A DNA stretch of 32,000 bases from Candidatus Saccharimonadota bacterium (GTDB taxonomy: Bacteria; Pseudomonadota; Gammaproteobacteria; Enterobacterales; Enterobacteriaceae). A program made the translations under genes and the position numbers. This document shows positions 10,910 through 18,801 of the stretch, piece after piece. Within the stretch, counting starts at the first letter, position 1. Each line of letters opens with the position of its first letter. The notes beneath the pieces are model-generated. The model ran no database searches, was not told the DNA's origin, and saw nothing but the letters and a program-made list of their open reading frames with translations. The stretch spans positions 300,001 to 332,000 of the forward strand of contig NZ_CP046226.1 of the NCBI RefSeq assembly GCF_012562765.1, in the 5' to 3' direction.

Positions 10910-11511
10910 GTTAATATTTCCTCTATATGTTTAATTGCTTTTATAGTAATAATAACTTTATCAGCATTAATTAAACAAACTGGATTTACATTCATTGAAT
11001 TTTTTATTTGTATATTATGTAAATTACGAGATGCTAAAAATAAATTTTTATCTATAGATATAGTAATAATAATTATTTTTTTTAAAAAAAATTTTTTAAA
11101 TTTTTCTATTAATATTTTAGTTTTAGGTTGTTTTATATTTAAATTACTTAATAAAATTATTCTATTTTCTCTAATAAGTTCTGAAAAAATACTTTTTAAT
11201 GCATTACGATACATCTTCTTATTAATTTTTTTATAATATATTTTATTTTTAGAAGCAAAAGTTACACCACCGGAACGCCAAAGAGGACTTTTTACTGAAC
11301 CAGCTCTAGCTTTACCAGTACCTTTTTGTCTCCATGGTTTTTTACCAGATCCTTTAACTTCACCTCTATTTTTTTGTGCTTTTGTTCCTTGTCTACCAAT
11401 TGTTCTATAAGATTCCAATACTTGATGTATTAAAGATTTATTATAATGTTTATTAAAAACACTATCTGATAATATTACTATCTTTTTTGTATCTTTTGTT
11501 ATAATTTCCAT
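10906..11511 (-). CDS. rplD: 50S ribosomal protein L4
   Basis: 201 aa. GRQGTKAQKNRGEVKGSGKKPWRQKGTGKARAGSVKSPLWRSGGVTFA matches L4. Confidence 0.96.
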   Translation of the reverse strand: MEIITKDTKKIVILSDSVFNKHYNKSLIHQVLESYRTIGRQGTKAQKNRGEVKGSGKKPWRQKGTGKARAGSVKSPLWRSGGVTFASKNKIYYKKINKKMYRNALKSIFSELIRENRIILLSNLNIKQPKTKILIEKFKKFFLKKIIIITISIDKNLFLASRNLHNIQIKNSMNVNPVCLINADKVIITIKAIKHIEEILT

Positions 11512-11535
11512 TTTGATTCCTGAAAGTTAAATTTT

Positions 11536-12183
11536 TCAGATTTTAAGATAAGTTTTAATAGCAGGTTTAACCATAACATTACTACCAGTAAATCCAGGAA
11601 TAGCACCTTTAATTAATAATAAATTTTTTTTTATATCTAATTTAATTATATTTAAATTTTGAGTAGTAATTTTTTTATTCCCTAATTGACCTGCCATTTT
11701 CTTACCTTTAAATACTTTTCCTGGTGTTTGATTTTGACCAATAGATCCAGGAACTCTATGAGATAATGAATTTCCATGACTGGCATCTTGAGTTTTAAAA
11801 TTCCATCTTTTTACTGTACCAGAGAAACCTTTTCCTTTAGAAATTCCGGTTACATCTACTCTTTTTATTTTATTAAAAATTTTAATAGTTATATTTTGAC
11901 CTATATGGAATATATTTTTATTTTTAACTAGAAAACGATGTTCCCATAATATATATCCAGCTTTAATTTTTGCTTTAGCAAAATGTCCTGCTTCAGATTT
12001 ATTTAAACGACTAGTTTTTTTTTCACCTGTAGTCATTTGAATTGCATCATATCCATCATTTACAACAGTTTTTATTTGAGTAATGCGAATAGATTCAAAT
12101 TTTATTACCGTTATAGGAATAGATATACCATCTTCAGTAAAAATACGAGTCATTCCTAATTTTTTACCGATTAAACCAATCAT
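11536..12183 (-). CDS. rplC: 50S ribosomal protein L3
   Basis: 215 aa. [27 protein letters not shown]...[43 protein letters not shown] matches L3. Confidence 0.97.
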   Translation of the reverse strand: MIGLIGKKLGMTRIFTEDGISIPITVIKFESIRITQIKTVVNDGYDAIQMTTGEKKTSRLNKSEAGHFAKAKIKAGYILWEHRFLVKNKNIFHIGQNITIKIFNKIKRVDVTGISKGKGFSGTVKRWNFKTQDASHGNSLSHRVPGSIGQNQTPGKVFKGKKMAGQLGNKKITTQNLNIIKLDIKKNLLLIKGAIPGFTGSNVMVKPAIKTYLKI

Positions 12184-12225
12184 TATTGTTCAACCTCACA
12201 AAATAATATTTAAAATAATAATATT

Positions 12226-12625
<400 letters not shown>

Positions 12626-12813
12626 ATTATAAATAATAATTATTTTATAGAAATTATTATGACATAATCTTTCTATTATGACTTATAAAATATATAGAAA
12701 GCAATATATTTAGTTTATAAAAGTCAAAAAAATAATATATTAATTAAAAATTAATATTTTATAAAAAATTTTTTACAAAAAAGAATAATAAAACTAAAAA
12801 TTATTTTAATAAT

Positions 12814-13245
12814 ATGATTTTAAATAAAAAAAATATAACTTTATTAGCTTTTGATTATGGAACTAAAAATATAGGTGTAGCTGTTGGAAATACTATTATT
12901 AGAATAGCTCATACATTAAAAAAAATCAAAAATAATAAAGAAGGAAAAACTTGCTGGAATAAATTTCAAATAATAATAGAATATTGGAAACCTAAAAAAA
13001 TAATAATTGGATTACCATTAAATATGAATGGTAGTGAACAAAATATTACAATATTAACTAAAAAATTTGCATATCTTATAAAAAATAAATTTAATTTAGA
13101 TATAGAATTACATGATGAACGTTTAACTACTATTGAAGCTAAAAATATTTTATTTACAAATGGAGGATGGAAAATGTTAAAAAAAAATGATATAAATTCT
13201 TTATCAGCATCAGTTATACTTCAAAGTTGGTTTGAAAATAATTAA
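12814..13245 (+). CDS. ruvX: Putative pre-16S rRNA nuclease / Holliday-junction-resolvase-like protein YqgF (RuvX)
   Basis: 143 aa. LLAFDYGTKNIGVAVGN...IIIGLPLNMNGSEQ...ELHDERLTTIEAK...SASVILQSWFE is colinear with E. coli YqgF. Confidence 0.92.
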   Translation: MILNKKNITLLAFDYGTKNIGVAVGNTIIRIAHTLKKIKNNKEGKTCWNKFQIIIEYWKPKKIIIGLPLNMNGSEQNITILTKKFAYLIKNKFNLDIELHDERLTTIEAKNILFTNGGWKMLKKNDINSLSASVILQSWFENN

Positions 13246-13451
13246 CAATATTACCATTAATATTTTTAATTAAATAATTATTTATATTAGAAATATAAAA
13301 TAATTTATTATTTAATTTTAAATTATAGAAAATATACATTTATTTAAATTATTTTACTAAATAATGATATTTTATAAAATAAAAATATTATTTTTAATAA
13401 TATAATTATATAAAAATATATTTTATTAATATTAATTGTTTTGAGGAAATT

Positions 13452-14009
13452 ATGCTAACATTAACATTTTTATTTAAAAATATATTTGATATTACTGTAA
13501 CAATATTATTGTTAAGAATTTGGATTATTTGGTCTATGAATAATACTTATAATTCTTTTATACAATTTATTACTGTAATATCACAACCTATTGTTAAACC
13601 AATACAATCACTTATACCTAATATTAAAAATATTGAAATAGCATCATTAATTATATTAGCTGTTGTTCTTCTTATAAGATATCCATTATTAATGTCATTC
13701 CAAATAGGAATTTTCCCTAAATATTTGATATGGTATGTTCTTATAGCATTATTATCTGGTATAAAATCTATTGGATATTTAATATTTTGGTTAATAACTA
13801 TACGTTCTATATTTAGTTGGTTTAATAGAGATTATAATGATTTTGATCATGTATTAAATAAATTAACAGATCAAATTTTAGAACCTTTAAAAGTATATAT
13901 TCCCCCTATTTATAATATAGATATAACACCTTTTATAATTAGTATTGTTTTATATTTGTTAAATTTTTTAGGTACAGATTGTTTTCCTTTATTTTGGTCA
14001 ATTATATAA
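13452..14009 (+). CDS. yggT: YggT-family integral membrane protein
   Basis: 185 aa and multi-pass hydrophobic. MLTLTFLF...LLLRIWIIW...FIQFITVISQPIVKPIQSLIP resembles E. coli YggT (about 188 aa). A GAGGA Shine-Dalgarno lies 5 nt upstream of the ATG. It is located between yqgF and hemW, as in E. coli. Confidence 0.82.
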   Translation: MLTLTFLFKNIFDITVTILLLRIWIIWSMNNTYNSFIQFITVISQPIVKPIQSLIPNIKNIEIASLIILAVVLLIRYPLLMSFQIGIFPKYLIWYVLIALLSGIKSIGYLIFWLITIRSIFSWFNRDYNDFDHVLNKLTDQILEPLKVYIPPIYNIDITPFIISIVLYLLNFLGTDCFPLFWSII

Positions 14010-14014
14010 TTTTT

Positions 14015-15166
14015 ATGTATAAAAAAAAATATTATAGTTTATATATTCATATTCCATGGTGTTTAAAAAAATGTCCTTATTGTGATTTTTATTCTTTAAT
14101 TATTTCTAATAATAATTTATATAAAGATGTAAAGTTAAAATATATTAATAGTTTATTATGTGATTTAGATAATGATTTATTATTTTTAAAAAAAAAAATT
14201 CATATTAAAAGTATTTTCTTTGGAGGAGGTACTCCTAGCTTAATAAACGGAAAATTAATTTCTTATTTATTAAATGAAATTACAAAAAAAATATACATAA
14301 AAAAAACAGCTGAAATTACTATAGAAGCAAATCCTTCATCTATTAATAAAAAAAATATTTTAGAATATAAAAAAAGTGGAATTAATCGTATTTCTATAGG
14401 TGTCCAAAGTTTTGATGATATTAGCCTAAAATTATTAGGTAGAATTCATTCGTCAAAAGATGCTATTAATGCAATTAATACAGTAATTGATAGTAATTTA
14501 ATAAATTTTAATATAGATTTAATCTATGGTATACCAGGACAATCTTTAAAATCAGCTAAAAATGATTTATATCAAACATTATTATTTCATCCAAAACATA
14601 TATCATGGTATCAACTTTCAATAGAACCAAATACAATATTTGGAAAATATAAACCAAAAAATTTACCAAAACATAATGTTTTATGGAAAATATTTAAAGA
14701 AGGAAAAAAAATTTTAAAACAATATGGATATATAAATTATGAAATATCTTCTTTTGCAAAAGAAGATATTTTTAAATGTAAACATAACTTAAATTATTGG
14801 AATTTTGGTGATTATATTGGTATAGGATGTTCTGCTCATGGTAAATTTACTATGAGTAATGGAGAAGTTATTCGTACTATTAAAAATAATAATATAACAA
14901 AATATATGAATGGTCATTATTTATTTTCTAGTAATAAAGTTAATAATTATAATATAATATTAGAATTTTTTTTAAATAAATTTCGTATTTTAGAAAAATT
15001 TTCAAAGAAAGAATTTACTCTAATTACAGGAATAAATATTAATTCTATTAATTCTAATATAAAAAAATCAGAAAAATTAGGATATATTAAACATAATAAA
15101 GATTATTTTATAGTTACTAAAAAAGGTTATTTATTTTTAAATAATTTATTAGAAATATTTATTTAA
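14015..15166 (+). CDS. hemW: Radical-SAM heme chaperone HemW (YggW, HemN-like, oxygen-independent coproporphyrinogen oxidase family)
   Basis: SLYIHIPWCLKKCPYCDFYS (the CxxxCxxC radical-SAM motif), IFFGGGTPSL, NRISIGVQSF, HISWYQLSIEPNT and HNLNYWNFGDYIGIGCSAHGK are colinear with E. coli HemW. I moved the start to ATG 14015 (MYKKKYYSLYIHIPWC). The ORF-track start at 13979 is a TTG inside yggT. Confidence 0.92.
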   Translation: MYKKKYYSLYIHIPWCLKKCPYCDFYSLIISNNNLYKDVKLKYINSLLCDLDNDLLFLKKKIHIKSIFFGGGTPSLINGKLISYLLNEITKKIYIKKTAEITIEANPSSINKKNILEYKKSGINRISIGVQSFDDISLKLLGRIHSSKDAINAINTVIDSNLINFNIDLIYGIPGQSLKSAKNDLYQTLLFHPKHISWYQLSIEPNTIFGKYKPKNLPKHNVLWKIFKEGKKILKQYGYINYEISSFAKEDIFKCKHNLNYWNFGDYIGIGCSAHGKFTMSNGEVIRTIKNNNITKYMNGHYLFSSNKVNNYNIILEFFLNKFRILEKFSKKEFTLITGININSINSNIKKSEKLGYIKHNKDYFIVTKKGYLFLNNLLEIFI

Positions 15167-15851
15167 AATAATTAATTTTTTTATATTCTAAAATCCATAT
15201 TTGTTTATTTTCTTTTTGTGCTTTTTTAAAAAATTTTGTTGGTGATAAATTATGAAAATTTTTATATATTGTTTTAAACGTATCTGATATAATGATATTA
15301 TTATTATAATTAATATAATTAATATTAGAAATAATAAAATCTTTATATTCTCTATTATCCGTAATAATATATAATATTCCTTTATTTTGTAATAATAAAA
15401 ATATTTGTTTTAAAAATTTATGAGTTAATAATCTTCTTTTTTTATGTTTTAATTTTGGCCAAGGATCAGGAAAATATATTTGAATTAATTTTATATAATT
15501 ATAAGGAATCATTTTTTGTAAGACATCTACAGCATTATAATTAATTAATTTTAAATTATTTATTTTATTTTTACTAATATTTTTTAAACAATTAATTATT
15601 CCTGGTATATATACTTCAATTCCAATAAAATTATATTGAGGATTGTTAATAGCAATATCAATAAGTAACTCTCCAGTTCCAAAACCAATATCAAGTATAT
15701 TTGGTAAATTATTATGGAATATTAAATTAAAATTTATAGGATTAACTTGAAATTTAATATTAAATATACATGAATATTTTTCTAATATATTTTTTTTTAA
15801 TATACTTAATTTTCTATAACGACAAACAAAACTTTTTATATCATTTTTCAT
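15159..15851 (-). CDS. trmB: tRNA (guanine-N7)-methyltransferase
   Basis: LDIGFGTGE...FIGIEV...IQIYFPDPWPKLKHKKRRL matches TrmB. ATG 15849-15851 gives MKNDIKSF..., aligning with E. coli MKNDVISPEF. The alternative upstream ATG at 15875 would add 8 aa. The 3' end overlaps the hemW 3' end tail-to-tail by 8 nt. Confidence 0.9.
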   Translation of the reverse strand: MKNDIKSFVCRYRKLSILKKNILEKYSCIFNIKFQVNPINFNLIFHNNLPNILDIGFGTGELLIDIAINNPQYNFIGIEVYIPGIINCLKNISKNKINNLKLINYNAVDVLQKMIPYNYIKLIQIYFPDPWPKLKHKKRRLLTHKFLKQIFLLLQNKGILYIITDNREYKDFIISNINYINYNNNIIISDTFKTIYKNFHNLSPTKFFKKAQKENKQIWILEYKKINYFK

Positions 15852-15927
15852 TATTATATTTTTGTATAAATTCATGTAAAATATTCTTATTATTATATTA
15901 ATTTAATTAAATATTGGAAGATTTAAC

Positions 15928-16167
15928 ATGTCTAGAGAAATTTTTTGTATATTTTATCAATGTAGAATGAAAGGATTAGATTATTATATCTATCCAGAAT
16001 ATATAGGCCAAATTATTTTTAATCAAATATCTAAAAAAGCATGGAATCAATGGTTAAATCAACAAACTAAACTAATAAACGAAAATAATTTAAATATGAT
16101 GAATAAAAAACATTTTAATTTTTTAAAAAAAAATATGATTAAGTTTCTTTTTTTTAAAAATCAATAA
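15928..16167 (+). CDS. yggX: Fe(2+)-trafficking protein YggX
   Basis: 79 aa. MSREIFCIFYQ...ISKKAWNQWLNQQTKLINENNLNMMNKKH matches E. coli YggX (MSRTIFCTFLQ...[26 protein letters not shown]). Confidence 0.93.
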   Translation: MSREIFCIFYQCRMKGLDYYIYPEYIGQIIFNQISKKAWNQWLNQQTKLINENNLNMMNKKHFNFLKKNMIKFLFFKNQ

Positions 16168-16199
16168 AATATTTTAAAAATGAAATATCCTTTAAATAT

Positions 16200-16272
16200 T
16201 GGAGCTAAGCGGGATCGAACCGCTGACCCTCTGCGTGCAAAACAGATGCTCTACCATCTGAGCTATAGCCCC
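16200..16272 (-). tRNA. tRNA-Ala (anticodon UGC)
   Basis: The minus strand reads GGGGCTATAGCTCAGATGGTAGAGCATCTGTTTTGCACGCAGAGGGTCAGCGGTTCGATCCCGCTTAGCTCCA. It folds by hand into a 73-nt cloverleaf with a 7-bp acceptor stem carrying the G3:U70 alanine identity pair, anticodon loop TTTGCAC and T-loop TTCGATC. It is nearly identical to E. coli alaT. No CCA is encoded; the 3' flank is ATA. Confidence 0.97.
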
Positions 16273-16279
16273 TTTTTTT

Positions 16280-16353
16280 TAGGCTTGAGTGGATTTGAAC
16301 CACCGACCTCACCCTTATCAGGGGTGTGCTCTAACCATCTGAGCTACAAGCCT
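16280..16353 (-). tRNA. tRNA-Ile (anticodon GAU)
   Basis: The minus strand reads AGGCTTGTAGCTCAGATGGTTAGAGCACACCCCTGATAAGGGTGAGGTCGGTGGTTCAAATCCACTCAAGCCTA (74 nt). The anticodon loop is CTGATAA. It is nearly identical to E. coli ileT. No CCA is encoded; the 3' flank is AAAAAAA. It lies 7 nt upstream of tRNA-Ala on the same strand. Confidence 0.97.
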
Positions 16354-16364
16354 ATCAATAAATA

Positions 16365-16393
16365 ATTTATTCATATTTATTATTAAAAGTCAA
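16365..16393 (-). promoter_or_regulatory. Candidate sigma70-type promoter for the tRNA-Ile/tRNA-Ala unit
   Basis: The minus strand carries TTGACT (16388-16393), a 17-nt spacer, then ATAAAT (16365-16370), or TAAATT with an 18-nt spacer. The -10 element ends 11 nt before the mature tRNA-Ile 5' end. The -35 is 5/6 to consensus, but the -10 is weak and AT-rich background makes chance matches likely. Confidence 0.3.
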
Positions 16394-16476
16394 CTGAAAT
16401 ATTTTAATTATTTTATAAAATAATTTTTTCATTTAATATAAATTATAATTATATATTACTATACAATGAAAATAAT

Positions 16477-17913
16477 ATGTTATACTACAAAATATTTATT
16501 TTTTTAGAATTAATATTAATTTTTCTTTTTATATTGCTATATAAAAAGAAAATTGAAAATTTAAATAAATTAAATTTAAAATTTAAAATAAATGAAAAAA
16601 TTTTAGAACAAATAACAAAAGAAAATAATAAATTAAATTATGAATCTAAAAAAAGATTATATTTAGAAAACGATTTAAACAATAAATTAAAAAAACTAGA
16701 AATTAAATTAATTCTTACTATAGAAAAAAATAATAATTTACAATTTTTAAAATTAGAAAATAAAGATTTAAAAATCATAATATCAAATAAATTAGAGATT
16801 ATTTCTAATTTAAAATCAGAAATAAGTAAAATTAAAACTCAATTAAAAGATTTAATTATTTTTTATGAAAAAAAAGAAATATTAATGACAAAAAATAAAA
16901 ATTATTTAAATTTAGAATTTACAAATTTAGCTAATAAAATTTTAGAAAATAATGAAAAAAGAATTAATGAAAATAATAATAAAAATATAAAAAATATAAT
17001 TAATCCATTAAAAGATCAGTTAAATGATTTTAAAAATCAACTTCAAAATAATTTACATCAAGAATCTTCTGAAAGAAATATATTAACTTATGAGTTACGT
17101 AATTTACAAAAATTAAATAATCATTTATCTCAAGAAGCAATTAATTTAACAAATGCTTTAAAAGGAAATAATAAAATTCAAGGTAACTGGGGTGAATTAA
17201 TTTTAAATAAAATATTAGAATCATCAGGATTAAGAAAAGGATATGAATATGAAATTCAGAAAATAATTAAATTAAAAGATAATAAAAAAAAAATACAACC
17301 TGATATAATAATAAAATTACCTCATGATAAAAATATAATAATTGATTCTAAAATGACTTTAGTAGCTTATGAACGTTATTTTAATTCTGATAATAATAAA
17401 TCTAAAAATAAAGCTTTAGAAGAACATATTCTTGCTATTAGAAATCATTTACGTTTATTAAGTAGTAAAAATTATCAAAATTTATCTAATATTAAATCAT
17501 TAGATTATATAATTATGTTTATTCCTATAGAACCAGCATTTTTAATAGCTATAGGTTATAAACCTTCATTATTAAATGAAGCATTAAAACAAAATATCAT
17601 GTTAGTTAGTCCAACAACATTAATGGTTACTCTTAGAACAATTAGTAATTTATGGCGTTTTGATAAACAAAATAAAAATTCTTTAATAATAGCTAATAAA
17701 GCTACAAAATTATATGATAAAATTAGACTTTTTATAGAAGATATATATAATATTGAAAAAATTTTAAATAAATTACAAGAAAATTACAATTCAGTAAAAA
17801 AAAAATTATTTACAGGAAAAGGTAATATTATTTCTCAAGCAGAAAGTTTTAGAAAATTAGGTATTAAAGTAGTTAATAAAATAAATAAAAAAAATATAGA
17901 TAATAATGATTAA
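16477..17913 (+). CDS. rmuC: DNA recombination protein RmuC
   Basis: 478 aa with an N-terminal hydrophobic segment and a long Lys/Asn/Glu coiled-coil-like region. The C-terminal part GNWGELILNKILESSGLRKGYEYE...QPDIIIKLP...IIDSKMTLVAYERYF...LDYIIMFIPIEPAF...NIMLVSPTTLMVTLRTISNLWR is colinear with E. coli RmuC (YigN). Confidence 0.92.
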   Translation: MLYYKIFIFLELILIFLFILLYKKKIENLNKLNLKFKINEKILEQITKENNKLNYESKKRLYLENDLNNKLKKLEIKLILTIEKNNNLQFLKLENKDLKIIISNKLEIISNLKSEISKIKTQLKDLIIFYEKKEILMTKNKNYLNLEFTNLANKILENNEKRINENNNKNIKNIINPLKDQLNDFKNQLQNNLHQESSERNILTYELRNLQKLNNHLSQEAINLTNALKGNNKIQGNWGELILNKILESSGLRKGYEYEIQKIIKLKDNKKKIQPDIIIKLPHDKNIIIDSKMTLVAYERYFNSDNNKSKNKALEEHILAIRNHLRLLSSKNYQNLSNIKSLDYIIMFIPIEPAFLIAIGYKPSLLNEALKQNIMLVSPTTLMVTLRTISNLWRFDKQNKNSLIIANKATKLYDKIRLFIEDIYNIEKILNKLQENYNSVKKKLFTGKGNIISQAESFRKLGIKVVNKINKKNIDNND

Positions 17914-17932
17914 TATAATAAATTTATTATAT
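17913..17932 (+). terminator. Weak candidate intrinsic terminator after rmuC (perfect 20-bp A/T palindrome)
   Basis: ATATAATAAA/TTTATTATAT is a perfect 10+10 palindrome that overlaps the last base of the rmuC stop codon (17911-17913) and is followed by TTGTTT. The stem is A/U only and therefore thermodynamically weak. Confidence 0.2.
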
Positions 17933-17957
17933 TTGTTTATGATAAGGATATTAAATA

Positions 17958-18749
17958 ATGTTTGATATTAGTGTTAATTTAACTCATGTACAATTTAATA
18001 AAGATCTTGATTCAGTTATTAATAGAGCAATAAATAAAGGAATAAATGGTATGTTAGTTATAGGATCTAATATTATTGATAGTTATAATGCATATAAAAT
18101 TGTTAAAAAATATAATAATTATTGTTGGTCTACTGTAGGAATACATCCTCATTATGCTAATTTATGGGAAAAAAATACAATTCATAATATGAATTATATT
18201 ATATCTAAAAAAAAAGTAGTAGCAATAGGAGAGTGTGGTTTAGATTTTTATAGAAATAAATCTTCTATAAAAGAACAATTATTTGCTTTTAACTCACAAT
18301 TAGAATTAGCATCAAGTCTATTTATACCAGTATTTTTACATTGTCGTAATGCTTTTAATATTTTTATTAAAGAATTATCTCCTTGGATTAGTAAAATTCC
18401 TCAATCAATAATTCATTGTTTTTCTGGTAATAAATATGAATTGGAACAATGTTTATCTATGAATTTATCTATAAGTATATCTGGATTATTCTTTAATAAA
18501 AAATATAGATTATCATCTATAAATGATCTTAAATTAATACCCCAAGATCATTTATTAACAGAAACAGATTCACCTTTTTTATCATTTAAAAAAATAAATA
18601 ATAGTAATTATTATGATATAACAAAAAATAGAAATGAACCATTTTTTTTATATTATCTTTTAAAAAAAATGGCATATATAAGAAATGAAAATTTTAAATT
18701 ATTACAATTTTATACAGAAAAAAATGCACGTAATATTTTAAAAATTTAA
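17958..18749 (+). CDS. tatD: TatD-family metal-dependent 3'-5' exonuclease/DNase
   Basis: 263 aa. MFDISVNLTHVQFNKDLDSVINRAINKGINGMLVIGSN...CWSTVGIHPH...VVAIGECGLDFYRN...PVFLHCRNA...IIHCFSG...LLTETDSPF...RNEP is colinear with E. coli TatD (MFDIGVNLTSSQFAKDRDDVV...). An AAGGA SD lies 9 nt upstream. Confidence 0.9.
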   Translation: MFDISVNLTHVQFNKDLDSVINRAINKGINGMLVIGSNIIDSYNAYKIVKKYNNYCWSTVGIHPHYANLWEKNTIHNMNYIISKKKVVAIGECGLDFYRNKSSIKEQLFAFNSQLELASSLFIPVFLHCRNAFNIFIKELSPWISKIPQSIIHCFSGNKYELEQCLSMNLSISISGLFFNKKYRLSSINDLKLIPQDHLLTETDSPFLSFKKINNSNYYDITKNRNEPFFLYYLLKKMAYIRNENFKLLQFYTEKNARNILKI

Positions 18750-18801
18750 TTTTTATAAATTTAAATACTATAAGATAAAATTTAAATAAAGAGAAAAAAT
18801 T

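Noticed and set aside
12655-12682. 9-bp direct repeat TATTATGAC (12655-12663 and 12674-12682) in the rpsJ/ruvX spacer, possibly a regulator binding site
   Set aside because: It is short, occurs only twice and sits in about 90% A+T sequence, where such repeats arise by chance. No dyad symmetry or known motif is recognisable.
12722-12727. TTGACT -35-like hexamer on the minus strand upstream of the S10 operon, with the same TTGACTTTTA context as upstream of the tRNA pair
   Set aside because: No acceptable -10 hexamer lies at 15-19 nt spacing (the best is TATTGC at 15 nt), so I cannot call it a promoter.
16180-16365. 61-aa plus-strand ORF (MKYPLNIGAKRDRTADPLRAKQMLYHLSYSPFF...)
   Set aside because: It is the antisense read-through of the two tRNA genes. 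Its relatively G+C-rich, stop-free sequence comes from the tRNA-Ala and tRNA-Ile sequences, not from a protein.
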